A DNA stretch of 64,000 nucleotides from the sequence record PZ386974.1; one strand, 5' to 3'. The first letter of the stretch is position 1; every line of letters begins with the position of its first letter. Of this stretch, positions 51,974-60,961 are shown one piece after another. The notes under the pieces are model-generated. The model did no database searches, was not told the DNA's origin, and saw only the letters and a list, made by a program, of their open reading frames with translations. The DNA comes from a phage. A program made the translations under genes and the position numbers.

Positions 51974-52189
51974 GATAGACCTCCATTTAAAGATAAGCCT
52001 ATCATAACACGAGAGGAGGGAATGTAAACTACTTTTTAAGCTTTCCTACTAAAGGTCCATCAGGGCCAGGTTGTTCTAACATGAATAACGATGCTTTAAA
52101 AAGCAATGTCAACCCTTTCACCATTCGATACCATGTCTCAAAGTCTTTTTCCTTGATTTCTAGTAAGAATTTCTCTTTCAATTTCTCTT

Positions 52190-52378
52190 TCATTTCCAAG
52201 GACTCCATGGTGGAGGGTCATCATAATAAGAGGCGAGGTCTTTCAGGACATCTAATGGTAAACTAAAGCCATGACGCTGTATAATACTATCTAGTTCATC
52301 AACAAGTTCACTACGATGCACTTTAGGAGCCTCAACTTCAGGCTCGTCAAACATACTCATAAGGTCCATATTATTCAC
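52190..52378 (-). CDS. hypothetical protein (62 aa)
   Basis: ORF track. Confidence 0.4.
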   Translation of the reverse strand: MNNMDLMSMFDEPEVEAPKVHRSELVDELDSIIQRHGFSLPLDVLKDLASYYDDPPPWSPWK

Positions 52379-52835
52379 CTAAATAAAAACTAGCAGGTTC
52401 AGAGAATGTTTCTAGTGCTACACCTTTTGTCTTAAAAAATTTCCAAATAGCTCGTTGCAAATGGATTAAATCTGCTAATGATGTAATAAAGTATTTTTTG
52501 GCAAAATACGTATGGTCTCGCTTTTCAAACAGGTCTAAACGCTTTTCAGGATTCACATAAACCGCATTTTCTGTGGATTCATACCCTAAGTCCTTTATGC
52601 CTTCTTCAAGACTAAACGGAGAATTTTTAGAACGAGTAATAGCTCCAACTCGCTCTACACGAATTTTGTAACCTTTAGGAATCTGCAATTTGCAGAATTC
52701 TTCTACGATATATTGCGGATTATTTAGACTTTTGTTAATGAGAATAGCTATTTCTAGTGGAGTCTTATCTTCTACTGGTATATGTTTAAACGACTTGGCT
52801 TCAAGCAAGTACATTTTAAATAACATAGCATCCAT
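52371..52835 (-). CDS. hypothetical protein (154 aa)
   Basis: ORF track. Confidence 0.5.
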   Translation of the reverse strand: MDAMLFKMYLLEAKSFKHIPVEDKTPLEIAILINKSLNNPQYIVEEFCKLQIPKGYKIRVERVGAITRSKNSPFSLEEGIKDLGYESTENAVYVNPEKRLDLFEKRDHTYFAKKYFITSLADLIHLQRAIWKFFKTKGVALETFSEPASFYLGE

Positions 52836-53041
52836 TATAATTTCCTCGATGGTTCACCCATATAAAGTTTTACAATACGTTCGCCTTCATCTTCGACGAG
52901 CTTTTCTTCATGTTTCTGGAATTCTTTAGCCATATTCTCTTCAAGAACATCCAGCCAATCTTCTGGACCGACACCATAGTCCCAGCTTTTAAACCATTTA
53001 ACTATCTTGTTCATTCGCAGCTCCCTGAGCTTGAACCACAA
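52835..53041 (-). CDS. hypothetical protein (68 aa)
   Basis: ORF track. Confidence 0.45.
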   Translation of the reverse strand: MWFKLRELRMNKIVKWFKSWDYGVGPEDWLDVLEENMAKEFQKHEEKLVEDEGERIVKLYMGEPSRKL

Positions 53042-53259
53042 TCAGAATAACTTGACCCAGAATCACCAGGCCAAGACGATACGTATGAATGATTATAACT
53101 TGAAGAGCTTGAAGCATTAATCTGTTTTGTTTTTGGACGAACAACTTCTTCCATCATTCCGTCACCAATGTATTCCCAACTTTTTTCGTGTGTATCAGGA
53201 ATAGGCATCATACCTTCGCCTGGTTTAACAGCAAATAACTTCTTCAGTATCGTAAGCAT
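53011..53259 (-). CDS. hypothetical protein with Ser/Cys-rich C-terminus (82 aa)
   Basis: Track ORF 53011..53331 overlaps the next ORF; ATG at 53259 has SD GAGGA. Confidence 0.35.
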   Translation of the reverse strand: MLTILKKLFAVKPGEGMMPIPDTHEKSWEYIGDGMMEEVVRPKTKQINASSSSSYNHSYVSSWPGDSGSSYSDCGSSSGSCE

Positions 53260-53452
53260 TAATTGTTCCTCGAACAAAACGAACACCACCATCATCCCAG
53301 CGGATTTCGGCATTAAATTTGATGTCTTCACCGTCCATCATGAAAGAATGTACCACAACATCATCATAGTATCCAAGACCGTACTTTAATGAAACTTCTT
53401 GAGCAATCAAAGCGCCTAATGTGTTATTAGGTTTAATCCAACGATTTAACAT
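53225..53452 (-). CDS. hypothetical protein (75 aa)
   Basis: ORF track. Confidence 0.45.
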   Translation of the reverse strand: MLNRWIKPNNTLGALIAQEVSLKYGLGYYDDVVVHSFMMDGEDIKFNAEIRWDDGGVRFVRGTINAYDTEEVICC

Positions 53453-53525
53453 ATTGTTCTCCTCTTGAGTAAGTAAGAATATCTTAACACAGTTTTTAGT
53501 GGTTGTAAACTCTAGAAACGAAAAA

Positions 53526-53545
53526 AGGAATCCCGAAGGATTCCT
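53526..53545 (-). terminator. intrinsic terminator AGGAAUCC-CGAA-GGAUUCCU plus U-run (after soc)
   Basis: 8-bp stem, A6 on plus strand left of stem; 9 nt after soc stop. Confidence 0.65.
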
Positions 53546-53553
53546 TAAATTAT

Positions 53554-53790
53554 TTAACCACTTACTGGTGTAGGGGTAAACATTGCAGCGTTCTTAGTTT
53601 TCCAAGTTGCTGCGTCAGAAACGACATCAGAATAAGCTGCCTTTTCTGACGGAAAGATTTGGTAATGGGAATCTGCAATTCGATGTTCGTTTGAATAAAT
53701 CTCAAACGGTACAGAAACTTCCATACCTTTAACTTCTTTACCTTCACCAGCTGGACGTGTAAAGGTTTTGATATTAACGTAACCACCCAT
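53554..53790 (-). CDS. soc: small outer capsid protein Soc
   Basis: 78 aa; GYVNIKTF...HYQIFPSEKAAYS matches T4 Soc as recalled; late promoter upstream. Confidence 0.8.
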   Translation of the reverse strand: MGGYVNIKTFTRPAGEGKEVKGMEVSVPFEIYSNEHRIADSHYQIFPSEKAAYSDVVSDAATWKTKNAAMFTPTPVSG

Positions 53791-53821
53791 AATTAACTCC
53801 TTTGTTGTTTAATTACAGGTG

Positions 53822-53829
53822 TATTTATA
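53822..53829 (-). promoter_or_regulatory. late promoter TATAAATA for soc
   Basis: Exact octamer on minus strand about 32 nt upstream of soc ATG, in the 56-soc intergenic gap. Confidence 0.55.
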
Positions 53830-53835
53830 ACTTAA

Positions 53836-54357
53836 TTAGTAACCATTATCCTGGCGTTCAAAGTTGTGTTGGTTTTTCAAGTAGTAAAGTTTAAAGATTT
53901 CTTCAGCAGTAAGACCAAGACCTTGGAACATATTCAGAACAAAGTGGAGGATATCAATCATTTCAAATTTAATTTCAAGCTGGTCTTCAGGAGACAGTTC
54001 ATCGATACGACGATTTCGATATTCAGCATGTTGTGCCTTCCACGGCTTCCATACACTGCTGGCGGCTTTTTCACCATTGCTCATACCACCAAGTGAAGTC
54101 AGCAGTTCACGAAATTCATCATCAATATAATCTTTCTGATTACGCAGCCAATCAACAACATCACCAGCAGTGGCCAATTCATCAGGATGTTTGTTATGTT
54201 CAGGCTTGTCATTTGCCAGACGAACCTGTAAAGATTTCTGCATATCAAGCATTACCTGCAGTGGGTCTTTATCTTCGTGAATCAGAGCATTAAAATAAGC
54301 TTCTTCTGCTTTATCAACACCAGAAATAAGTTGTGAACATTCGTTAAAGTGTGCCAT
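53836..54357 (-). CDS. 56: dCTP pyrophosphatase gp56 (MazG-like)
   Basis: Track start 54372 is TTG; ATG at 54357 with SD AAGGA gives 173 aa MAHFNECSQL...; matches T4 gp56 as recalled. Confidence 0.85.
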   Translation of the reverse strand: MAHFNECSQLISGVDKAEEAYFNALIHEDKDPLQVMLDMQKSLQVRLANDKPEHNKHPDELATAGDVVDWLRNQKDYIDDEFRELLTSLGGMSNGEKAASSVWKPWKAQHAEYRNRRIDELSPEDQLEIKFEMIDILHFVLNMFQGLGLTAEEIFKLYYLKNQHNFERQDNGY

Positions 54358-54445
54358 TATTTTTCCTTTCAATTCAGTATAAGAGAGTTAATTCTAACAT
54401 TAATTTTATAAAGCGTAATAAATAATAGGTAACTAAGGAGATATT

Positions 54446-54643
54446 ATGTTTAAACTTCCATCGTTAATCAACGCTATTAAAGGCAATAAAAAGAAAACTG
54501 CTATCGCTGCAATAGTTGTAGGTGGCATTATTTCATGGAACTTCGGGATTGCACCATTGTTAGTTGCCCATGGTATTATAGTTCCTTCTGTTCCATTGGA
54601 TACTGTAGTTGATTTGGCCTTTGCTATTATAGGGCTTGTTTAA
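54446..54643 (+). CDS. small membrane protein (65 aa, two predicted TM segments)
   Basis: Plus-strand ORF with strong SD AAGGAG 5 nt before ATG; stop overlaps the gene 61 stop convergently. Confidence 0.5.
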   Translation: MFKLPSLINAIKGNKKKTAIAAIVVGGIISWNFGIAPLLVAHGIIVPSVPLDTVVDLAFAIIGLV

Positions 54644-55662
54644 ATCTTCGAATAACGAGATAATCTCATTTTAGCATGCAACCCACTTGAAATATTCTGT
54701 TTCATATATTCTAAAATTTCTTGTGGTGTTGCATTTTCTTTCATTACCATATCATTCACATCCTTTGATCTCCATGGAGCTCGATCCCAGAACATGACAC
54801 GTTCGCCTGCATCAACTAATCGCTTCATGCGAGCTATAGTATCCGGATGCCTAGGTTCATTATCCATTACCCATACCCGACGCTCTTTAAATGGTACCAC
54901 ATCTAAATCTATTGAGCCGCCTGTAATAGCGATTGCGTTGGGTATGAATAAACTATCAATAGGACCTTCCATTACCCAGACGTCCCCTTCCTTAACACGT
55001 TCAACACCATAAATTTTTGTTGCAGACTCAAACGCTTTAATAGTGATATATTTCTGAGGAGCATCTTTACGAAGTGCACGTCCTTGGAACGACTCTGCCT
55101 TCCCATCTTTATTAAAAATAGGAATCACTAAACGCGGTTCAGGAATCTCTTTCTTATACGTACCCGGTTGAATCTTGTTGACCAATTTAGGCCATTCTAA
55201 TGTGAACCATAATCTGTTCCATGATTCTTTAGGAATGCATCGAGACTTAACATATTTCACAATAGGATGCTCTTCAGGCAGCTTGTCCAGACGAGAACAA
55301 GACGGCAAAGAATTTATAGTCTTTTTCTCCGGTTCTGGTTTATGTTCAGGAACCTTTTCAATCTTTGGTTCCATTCTAGCTTTTTCTTTACGAACTTCCA
55401 TTAGATACTCACGATAAAGCTCTTCATCATACTCTTTTAAGTATCCGGAAATTGTATTGTGGTATTGACAGTTATAGCAATGTACATTACCAGGAGTACC
55501 GCCATAATACCACCCGCGAGCTTTCATTGCATCTGTCTGGGAGTCGCCACAAACTGGACATCGAAACGTTAATTTAAATGTGCTTGAATTATTGATTTGT
55601 CTAAAACGAGGGAGGTGAGAAAACGCACGATAAGCAAATTCATTATCTATCCATTCAGCCAT
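54640..55662 (-). CDS. 61: DNA primase gp61
   Basis: 340 aa; N-terminal zinc ribbon CPVCGDS...CYNC and TOPRIM core; matches T4 gp61; ATG start. Confidence 0.9.
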   Translation of the reverse strand: MAEWIDNEFAYRAFSHLPRFRQINNSSTFKLTFRCPVCGDSQTDAMKARGWYYGGTPGNVHCYNCQYHNTISGYLKEYDEELYREYLMEVRKEKARMEPKIEKVPEHKPEPEKKTINSLPSCSRLDKLPEEHPIVKYVKSRCIPKESWNRLWFTLEWPKLVNKIQPGTYKKEIPEPRLVIPIFNKDGKAESFQGRALRKDAPQKYITIKAFESATKIYGVERVKEGDVWVMEGPIDSLFIPNAIAITGGSIDLDVVPFKERRVWVMDNEPRHPDTIARMKRLVDAGERVMFWDRAPWRSKDVNDMVMKENATPQEILEYMKQNISSGLHAKMRLSRYSKI

Positions 55663-55701
55663 AGTATTCTCCAGAGGCCTTAAATTAATAAGGCCATCTT
55701 A

Positions 55702-56196
55702 TCACAACTTATTAATATTTACTTTAATTCGCTTTCTTTTCTTGGAAGGAATTTGTTCTGGACCTTTATTTACGACTGCACCCGTAGTTGTTCCTGATGC
55801 AATAGCTTGAGGACTGCCGCCTGAATCACCAGCAACCATATCCTCAAATAAAGGGAGTTCTTTAAATATTTCTTTCTGTTGTTCTTCCGTAATGTTATAG
55901 CGTGAAGCTACAGCACTCCAAGCAGACATCATTGATGCCATTCCATTAAGACCTGGAACAGTGCTCATCATTCGCTTCATTGAACGAACTGAAGCATGAA
56001 AAGGTGTATACGCCGCTTTTTCTTCGGGAGTAGAAGGACGTTTAAGAACACTTCCACGTTCATCGATGATTTTGGCTTCGTATGCTTTCCATTCGGTAAA
56101 AGGTTTTTGCATTAGTCGAATAAACTTATATGCATAAACAGAATCTATTGCAGTGTTAATAATACCCATAGGTACCTCCTGAGTATATTTAATCAA
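55702..56196 (-). CDS. hypothetical protein (164 aa)
   Basis: ORF track; 61-proximal ORF of the 41-61 interval. Confidence 0.5.
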   Translation of the reverse strand: MIKYTQEVPMGIINTAIDSVYAYKFIRLMQKPFTEWKAYEAKIIDERGSVLKRPSTPEEKAAYTPFHASVRSMKRMMSTVPGLNGMASMMSAWSAVASRYNITEEQQKEIFKELPLFEDMVAGDSGGSPQAIASGTTTGAVVNKGPEQIPSKKRKRIKVNINKL

Positions 56197-56386
56197 TTAC
56201 AAAGATTGCTTTGGCACCATTTATATCTGTGACTTCATATGTAGTGCCTTCATACTGTGGAATATTCCAAATTACACCATCATTAGCTTTTACGCTAATA
56301 TGGTATTGGTGTTTTGAAACAACTTCATAATCTTCAAAACTTGTAAAAACACTAATTTTAGAACCAGTGCAAATTGCAGTAGTCAT
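56189..56386 (-). CDS. hypothetical protein (65 aa)
   Basis: ORF track. Confidence 0.45.
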   Translation of the reverse strand: MTTAICTGSKISVFTSFEDYEVVSKHQYHISVKANDGVIWNIPQYEGTTYEVTDINGAKAIFVID

Positions 56387-56387
56387 T

Positions 56388-57047
56388 TTAACCTCGATTC
56401 ATAAATGCATTAAATATTTGGTCATCAACAGAAATTTCTAATTCGACTTCAATTGCTTCAGCCTTTTCTTCAGGTGGTAATTCGTATCCACACACTACAA
56501 TTTTTTCATCGATATCAAAATATACAGAAGCAATACGATTAATGTTATTTTCAGTTAAGTCCAAATCAACATCAACGTCTTTTTGGCCTACACTTAGAGG
56601 ATAACTAATACGGGTTATTTTATTATCTTTAACAAAGAGTCCACCAACATACTCTGTACTACGTTTGAAGTCTACACGTTTCCGAATTGAAAGATATGAT
56701 ACATCTTTACCGTGAGCTCGGCTCATAGGACATAATGAATAACTAGAATAAGAGATGTCAAATCCTACACCTTCAATATGAGCCAACGCGTCATGATTAA
56801 ACCAATTATAATCATATGCCAAATCCATTATATTGTAATATGTGAAAGGCACAGGATTAACATCATATGTTGTACCTTTAAAATCTGCCCAGGCAACGAT
56901 TTCGTTATCTTTAACAATTACAAAAATTACACCGAGATGGTATCCGTTATTATTTTCATTAGGCGTTATATTATAACATTGTGCATTAGGAAATTTACCA
57001 TATTTAAATGGTGCGTTTTTGTGCATATAATAAATCATATTATTCAC
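56388..57047 (-). CDS. hypothetical protein (219 aa)
   Basis: ORF track. Confidence 0.5.
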   Translation of the reverse strand: MNNMIYYMHKNAPFKYGKFPNAQCYNITPNENNNGYHLGVIFVIVKDNEIVAWADFKGTTYDVNPVPFTYYNIMDLAYDYNWFNHDALAHIEGVGFDISYSSYSLCPMSRAHGKDVSYLSIRKRVDFKRSTEYVGGLFVKDNKITRISYPLSVGQKDVDVDLDLTENNINRIASVYFDIDEKIVVCGYELPPEEKAEAIEVELEISVDDQIFNAFMNRG

Positions 57048-57333
57048 CTGTGATTTCGGTTACGATATCTTTGTTATCGAAATTAGGGTCACAATACAAG
57101 ACATAGTTGTACTGCATGATACCACCAGACTTAAGTTGTTCAACAACTTTATTAACCATATTAGGACGGTCTCGTTTAGTGATGTTCATGATATCAGAGA
57201 AGATTTGTTGTTCAACATCTTCTTGATTTGCAGTCATTGACCACTCACAGAGGTCTTTATCATAACCTGCCGTAACTGGAGCCGGTGTACATGATACTGC
57301 AAGTAAGATTGCTGCCAATGATAACTTTTTCAT
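57040..57333 (-). CDS. sp: Spackle-like periplasmic protein (superinfection exclusion / lysozyme inhibitor)
   Basis: 97 aa; signal peptide, mature region GYDKDLCEWSMTA...GGIMQYNYVLYCD resembles T4 Sp (61.3) as recalled. Confidence 0.6.
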   Translation of the reverse strand: MKKLSLAAILLAVSCTPAPVTAGYDKDLCEWSMTANQEDVEQQIFSDIMNITKRDRPNMVNKVVEQLKSGGIMQYNYVLYCDPNFDNKDIVTEITGE

Positions 57334-57396
57334 TTTAACTCCTTAGTTGATTTGATAGGACTACTATACTATAGTCCATCTATAATGTAAACAAGT

Positions 57397-57645
57397 TTAT
57401 TCTTTTTCGCGAATAATAATTACTTGTTGAGGCTGCTGAGCAGATTTCTTTTCGGCAACGATAGACCAAATTAAAGTTCCAATCCAACCAACCATCGTCC
57501 AGTTAAAGAGTAAAGATACAAAGAAGATTGCTGTTGTGCTTTTTGTGCCACGAATAAGTGCGATTATCCAAGGCAACATGTAAATGATGATTGAACCAAT
57601 ACCTGCGATTAAAACTGCTACTGAACTAGCTACGAATAATTCCAT
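57397..57645 (-). CDS. small integral membrane protein (82 aa)
   Basis: Two hydrophobic helices (VAVLIAGIGSIIIYMLPWIIALI; AIFFVSLLFNWTMVGWIGTLIWSIV) and charged C-tail. Confidence 0.5.
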   Translation of the reverse strand: MELFVASSVAVLIAGIGSIIIYMLPWIIALIRGTKSTTAIFFVSLLFNWTMVGWIGTLIWSIVAEKKSAQQPQQVIIIREKE

Positions 57646-57706
57646 GTTAATTTCCTCTTGATTTGTTATGTTTATAGTATCTTATTTTAACTTTGGTGTA
57701 AACCAA

Positions 57707-58075
57707 TTAGTTAAATTTGTTTAAACGTTCAATACACTGGATGTAGTTATTCGCTATTTGTTTCTGGGTAGGCTCTTTACCGGTTGTTTCAACATAGCGA
57801 ATGAATGCGATTTCAGTAGCCTGTAAGCAATGTTCTTTAACGCGTTGTTCTTTTGACAATGCTACAGTATCAGAGTCACGATACCGTTGAGCATGAGCAT
57901 CAGCTTGAATCATTCGATTACCTACAGTAACCGGGTCTTCCACTTCAACTTTAGGTTGGTCATACTGTTTAACATTCGGATTGTAAATCAATTGGCCAAC
58001 GTTATTAGGGATAAAGCCATGGGCACCACATCCGGTTAATCCGAATACCATTGCTAAAGCGATTAATTTTTTCAT
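57707..58075 (-). CDS. predicted lipoprotein (122 aa)
   Basis: Signal peptide with lipobox LTGC (MKKLIALAMVFGLTGC). Confidence 0.55.
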   Translation of the reverse strand: MKKLIALAMVFGLTGCGAHGFIPNNVGQLIYNPNVKQYDQPKVEVEDPVTVGNRMIQADAHAQRYRDSDTVALSKEQRVKEHCLQATEIAFIRYVETTGKEPTQKQIANNYIQCIERLNKFN

Positions 58076-58146
58076 TTCAATTTCCTCTGTAGTTGATAGA
58101 AAGATAGTAACACAGTATGCGGTGCTTGTAAACAGTTTATTTAAAA

Positions 58147-58335
58147 TTATCGAAAATCTGCTTCGAAAACTTTCTCGTCATTAACAAATGCTTTAACCAG
58201 TGCACTGTTCACTTCAGCAAGTTGTACCGTAACCCACTCGATTTCTTCGCGATCACCTGATAACATGATATCTTTAGTGAACATCTCACCGCTTTTAAAC
58301 CAGCCAATAAAAGTAACTTTAGTTAATTTGCTCAT
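58147..58335 (-). CDS. hypothetical protein (62 aa)
   Basis: ORF track; size and location compatible with a dmd-like gene, not verified. Confidence 0.4.
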   Translation of the reverse strand: MSKLTKVTFIGWFKSGEMFTKDIMLSGDREEIEWVTVQLAEVNSALVKAFVNDEKVFEADFR

Positions 58336-58649
58336 ATTTCCTCACAGAATGCCCATTCAGCATGATAAACTGTAGCACCTTTAGTATCATTCATTTGAAC
58401 TACATCTACCGGAGAAATTACTCGATAGAGACGTGGTTCACCTCCATAAGAGCGTGCTGCTCGTCCTGCATAAATCTTTGCTAAACCGATATCTTCAGTA
58501 AAGAATACACGATCCAAGTTTTTCTTACGTCCAGTTTCAGACAGAACTCCTGTTTCCTCAGGAGGACAAAGCATGTTTTCGATGTTAGCTGAACTACTTG
58601 AACCGTGATAAAAAATCTTAAATTCTGCTTTACAATCGATGGTTTTCAT
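58332..58649 (-). CDS. hypothetical protein (105 aa)
   Basis: ORF track. Confidence 0.5.
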   Translation of the reverse strand: MKTIDCKAEFKIFYHGSSSSANIENMLCPPEETGVLSETGRKKNLDRVFFTEDIGLAKIYAGRAARSYGGEPRLYRVISPVDVVQMNDTKGATVYHAEWAFCEEI

Positions 58650-58704
58650 TTTGTTCTCCAGTAGTTGATAGGTCTATAATAACACAACTACTGGAGAAGT
58701 AAAC

Positions 58705-59079
58705 TTAAAAATGTAATTTAGATACATCTGCGTTGATTTCACTTTGGTTTGCGTCATATGCAATTAAACGAACCGCTTTAGATGGGTCATTCAATGCATA
58801 GAAATGATGGAACATTGCTCGAACGATATCACCATTTACGAGTTCTACCTGGATAGGAGAACCTTTTTCGAGTTGGAAATGTTCATAAGCTTTGATGGTT
58901 CGCAGATAATCAAGTTTTTGATTTCCGGCTCCAACGATTTGTACGATACGTTTGCCCATGTTTTCCATACGAGATACAATAGATTTAGGAGCAAGAATAA
59001 CGTAGGTTGCCAGCGGAGAAACTACTTCAACAGTTGTGTTTTCGGTGATTGCAGTAAAAATTGCTTGAGACATATTCAT
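58705..59079 (-). CDS. hypothetical protein (124 aa)
   Basis: ORF track; ATG start. Confidence 0.5.
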   Translation of the reverse strand: MNMSQAIFTAITENTTVEVVSPLATYVILAPKSIVSRMENMGKRIVQIVGAGNQKLDYLRTIKAYEHFQLEKGSPIQVELVNGDIVRAMFHHFYALNDPSKAVRLIAYDANQSEINADVSKLHF

Positions 59080-59142
59080 AATGTTTTCCTCTTGGTTGGT
59101 GTAAGTACATCATATCATGCCTAGAGGAAGATGTAAACCCCG

Positions 59143-59164
59143 AAAGGAGACCGAAGTCTCCTTT
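59143..59164 (-). terminator. intrinsic terminator AAAGGAGAC-CGAA-GUCUCCUUU (after gene 41)
   Basis: 9-bp stem with UUCG loop on transcript, 4 nt after gene 41 stop. Confidence 0.6.
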
Positions 59165-59167
59165 TTA

Positions 59168-60610
59168 TTAAAATTTTAACTCATTGGCTAAGCTATCTAG
59201 GTCAGCACGTGTTGCTTTGGCTTTACCTACGCGTTCCGTACGATTCACCTCTGCCTGACGCATCTGAGCACCTGCGTTTTCATTTACTGTGTTAGGTGTG
59301 TTCATGCCTTCTTGCTCAATCTCGATCCATTTCTGGTTGCCTTTACGTACACCCATCAGGAATTTATTCCACTTATTCTTATCACCATATCGTGATTTTA
59401 TTTGTTTGATAAGTTGTTGTTCAGCTTGTGCAAGTTCTTCGGTTTCAATTACGGCCAACATGAAATCTGCCGTTGCTGGTAAACCTGCTGATTCTGCGAT
59501 ATCACTCATGTTCATGTCTGAAGCATCCCATGCTGCACGTCCTACTTGAGCTGCAGTCCATAGAACTGTTTCAGATTCTACTGCTAATGCACGAAGTTCT
59601 TCTGCGATAGCTTTAACTAATGTGTAGCTATTTTCAGTGTAAACTCTGATACGACAAGACCCACAAATACCTAAGTAATCAACCATGATTACAGACGGCA
59701 CAAAGTTCTTCTTAAGTTTTAACTCATTAAGCAATGCACGAAATGTATTAGCATTAGCTCCACCAGTAGGATACTGTTTAACTACTAAACGTCCTAATGT
59801 GGATTTTGAACGCCATTTTTCCATCTTGGCTTTATATTCAGCATAAGATACGTTACCATCATCGATATCATCGAGTGATACGTCAAGCATGTTTGCATCT
59901 ATACGCTTAGCACAAACTTCTTCAGCCATTTCCATGGAAATATAAAGAACATTATGACCTGTTTGAAGATAATCTGCAGCAAGTGAACAAAGGCCTAAAG
60001 ATTTACCAACGTTAACACCGGCCATTAAAACATTCAGTGTACCGGTTTCAGCACCACCTTTAGTGATTTTATTCAGAATGTTTAATTTGAACGGGACCTT
60101 ACGTGCTTTATTTAGATAAGAAAGCCAGCGTGCTTCGTAGTCTTCCATCCAGTCATGTCCAACATAACTATCAAACGAAATTGAAAGTGCTTGACGCATA
60201 ATATCAGGAATAGCTCCTACGTCAGGCATTTTCTTGTTACGTTGTTCTGGAGGTAGTTCAGCATTAGACTGAATCTCAATGATTTTGGATGTAGCATTAT
60301 ACATCGCTTTTTGCTGGACATATTTCTCAGTTTCTTTAACCAACCATTCATGGTCTTCAGGAGTATCAGCCAATTTTTCAATTAGGTCTGAAGTTCCTTT
60401 ATATTCTGCTTCAGTTAAAGAACTATTATCTAAAGCCACCTTTAATGCATTGATAGATGGCATTGCATTATATTCGTTAACGTGGCTCTTTATAATTTTA
60501 AAGACGTTTTTTGCCGGTCCACGCTCAAAATACTCAGAATCCATATAAGGCCAGACCTTAGAAAAATAAGCCTGGTCATATACTAGATGAGACAAAATAA
60601 TTTCTACCAC
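59168..60610 (-). CDS. 41: replicative DNA helicase gp41 (DnaB-like)
   Basis: 480 aa; Walker A GVNVGKS and RecA-like core; GTG start with SD AAGGAG. Confidence 0.92.
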   Translation of the reverse strand: MVEIILSHLVYDQAYFSKVWPYMDSEYFERGPAKNVFKIIKSHVNEYNAMPSINALKVALDNSSLTEAEYKGTSDLIEKLADTPEDHEWLVKETEKYVQQKAMYNATSKIIEIQSNAELPPEQRNKKMPDVGAIPDIMRQALSISFDSYVGHDWMEDYEARWLSYLNKARKVPFKLNILNKITKGGAETGTLNVLMAGVNVGKSLGLCSLAADYLQTGHNVLYISMEMAEEVCAKRIDANMLDVSLDDIDDGNVSYAEYKAKMEKWRSKSTLGRLVVKQYPTGGANANTFRALLNELKLKKNFVPSVIMVDYLGICGSCRIRVYTENSYTLVKAIAEELRALAVESETVLWTAAQVGRAAWDASDMNMSDIAESAGLPATADFMLAVIETEELAQAEQQLIKQIKSRYGDKNKWNKFLMGVRKGNQKWIEIEQEGMNTPNTVNENAGAQMRQAEVNRTERVGKAKATRADLDSLANELKF

Positions 60611-60619
60611 GATAACTCC

Positions 60620-60961
60620 TTAAAAGAATTTAAATTTTTTCTTGGTCCGTTCATTAAAAGCTTGTTGTACTTGCATTGTAACACATTTTTCAACATGTGG
60701 TGCAAGTTCTGCTTTTCTGTCCTGATCAAGAACTGCAAAGTCCATTACGATTTTACCATCAACCCAGTCTAGTTTTGTAATATAGACTATATGATGGGAA
60801 CCGTCTTCAAGTGTAATCAGAATCTCTTGAATGACATTTTCCATTGCTGAACGGACAATTTTAAGAGATTCATTAAACACTCGTTCTTTGCGAATGTCTT
60901 CCCCTTCCGAAGAAGGGGATTCATCAACGATTTCTAGATTTAAATCATCGAGATTATTCAT
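60620..60961 (-). CDS. 40: gp40-like protein (head vertex assembly chaperone in T4)
   Basis: Track start 60982 is TTG; ATG at 60961 overlaps the uvsX 3' end; assignment rests on the uvsX-40-41 order. Confidence 0.45.
   Translation of the reverse strand: MNNLDDLNLEIVDESPSSEGEDIRKERVFNESLKIVRSAMENVIQEILITLEDGSHHIVYITKLDWVDGKIVMDFAVLDQDRKAELAPHVEKCVTMQVQQAFNERTKKKFKFF

Noticed and set aside
54417-54424. AATAAATA upstream of the plus-strand membrane ORF as a late promoter
   Set aside because: One mismatch from TATAAATA at the first position; kept as a remark in a finding, not called as a feature
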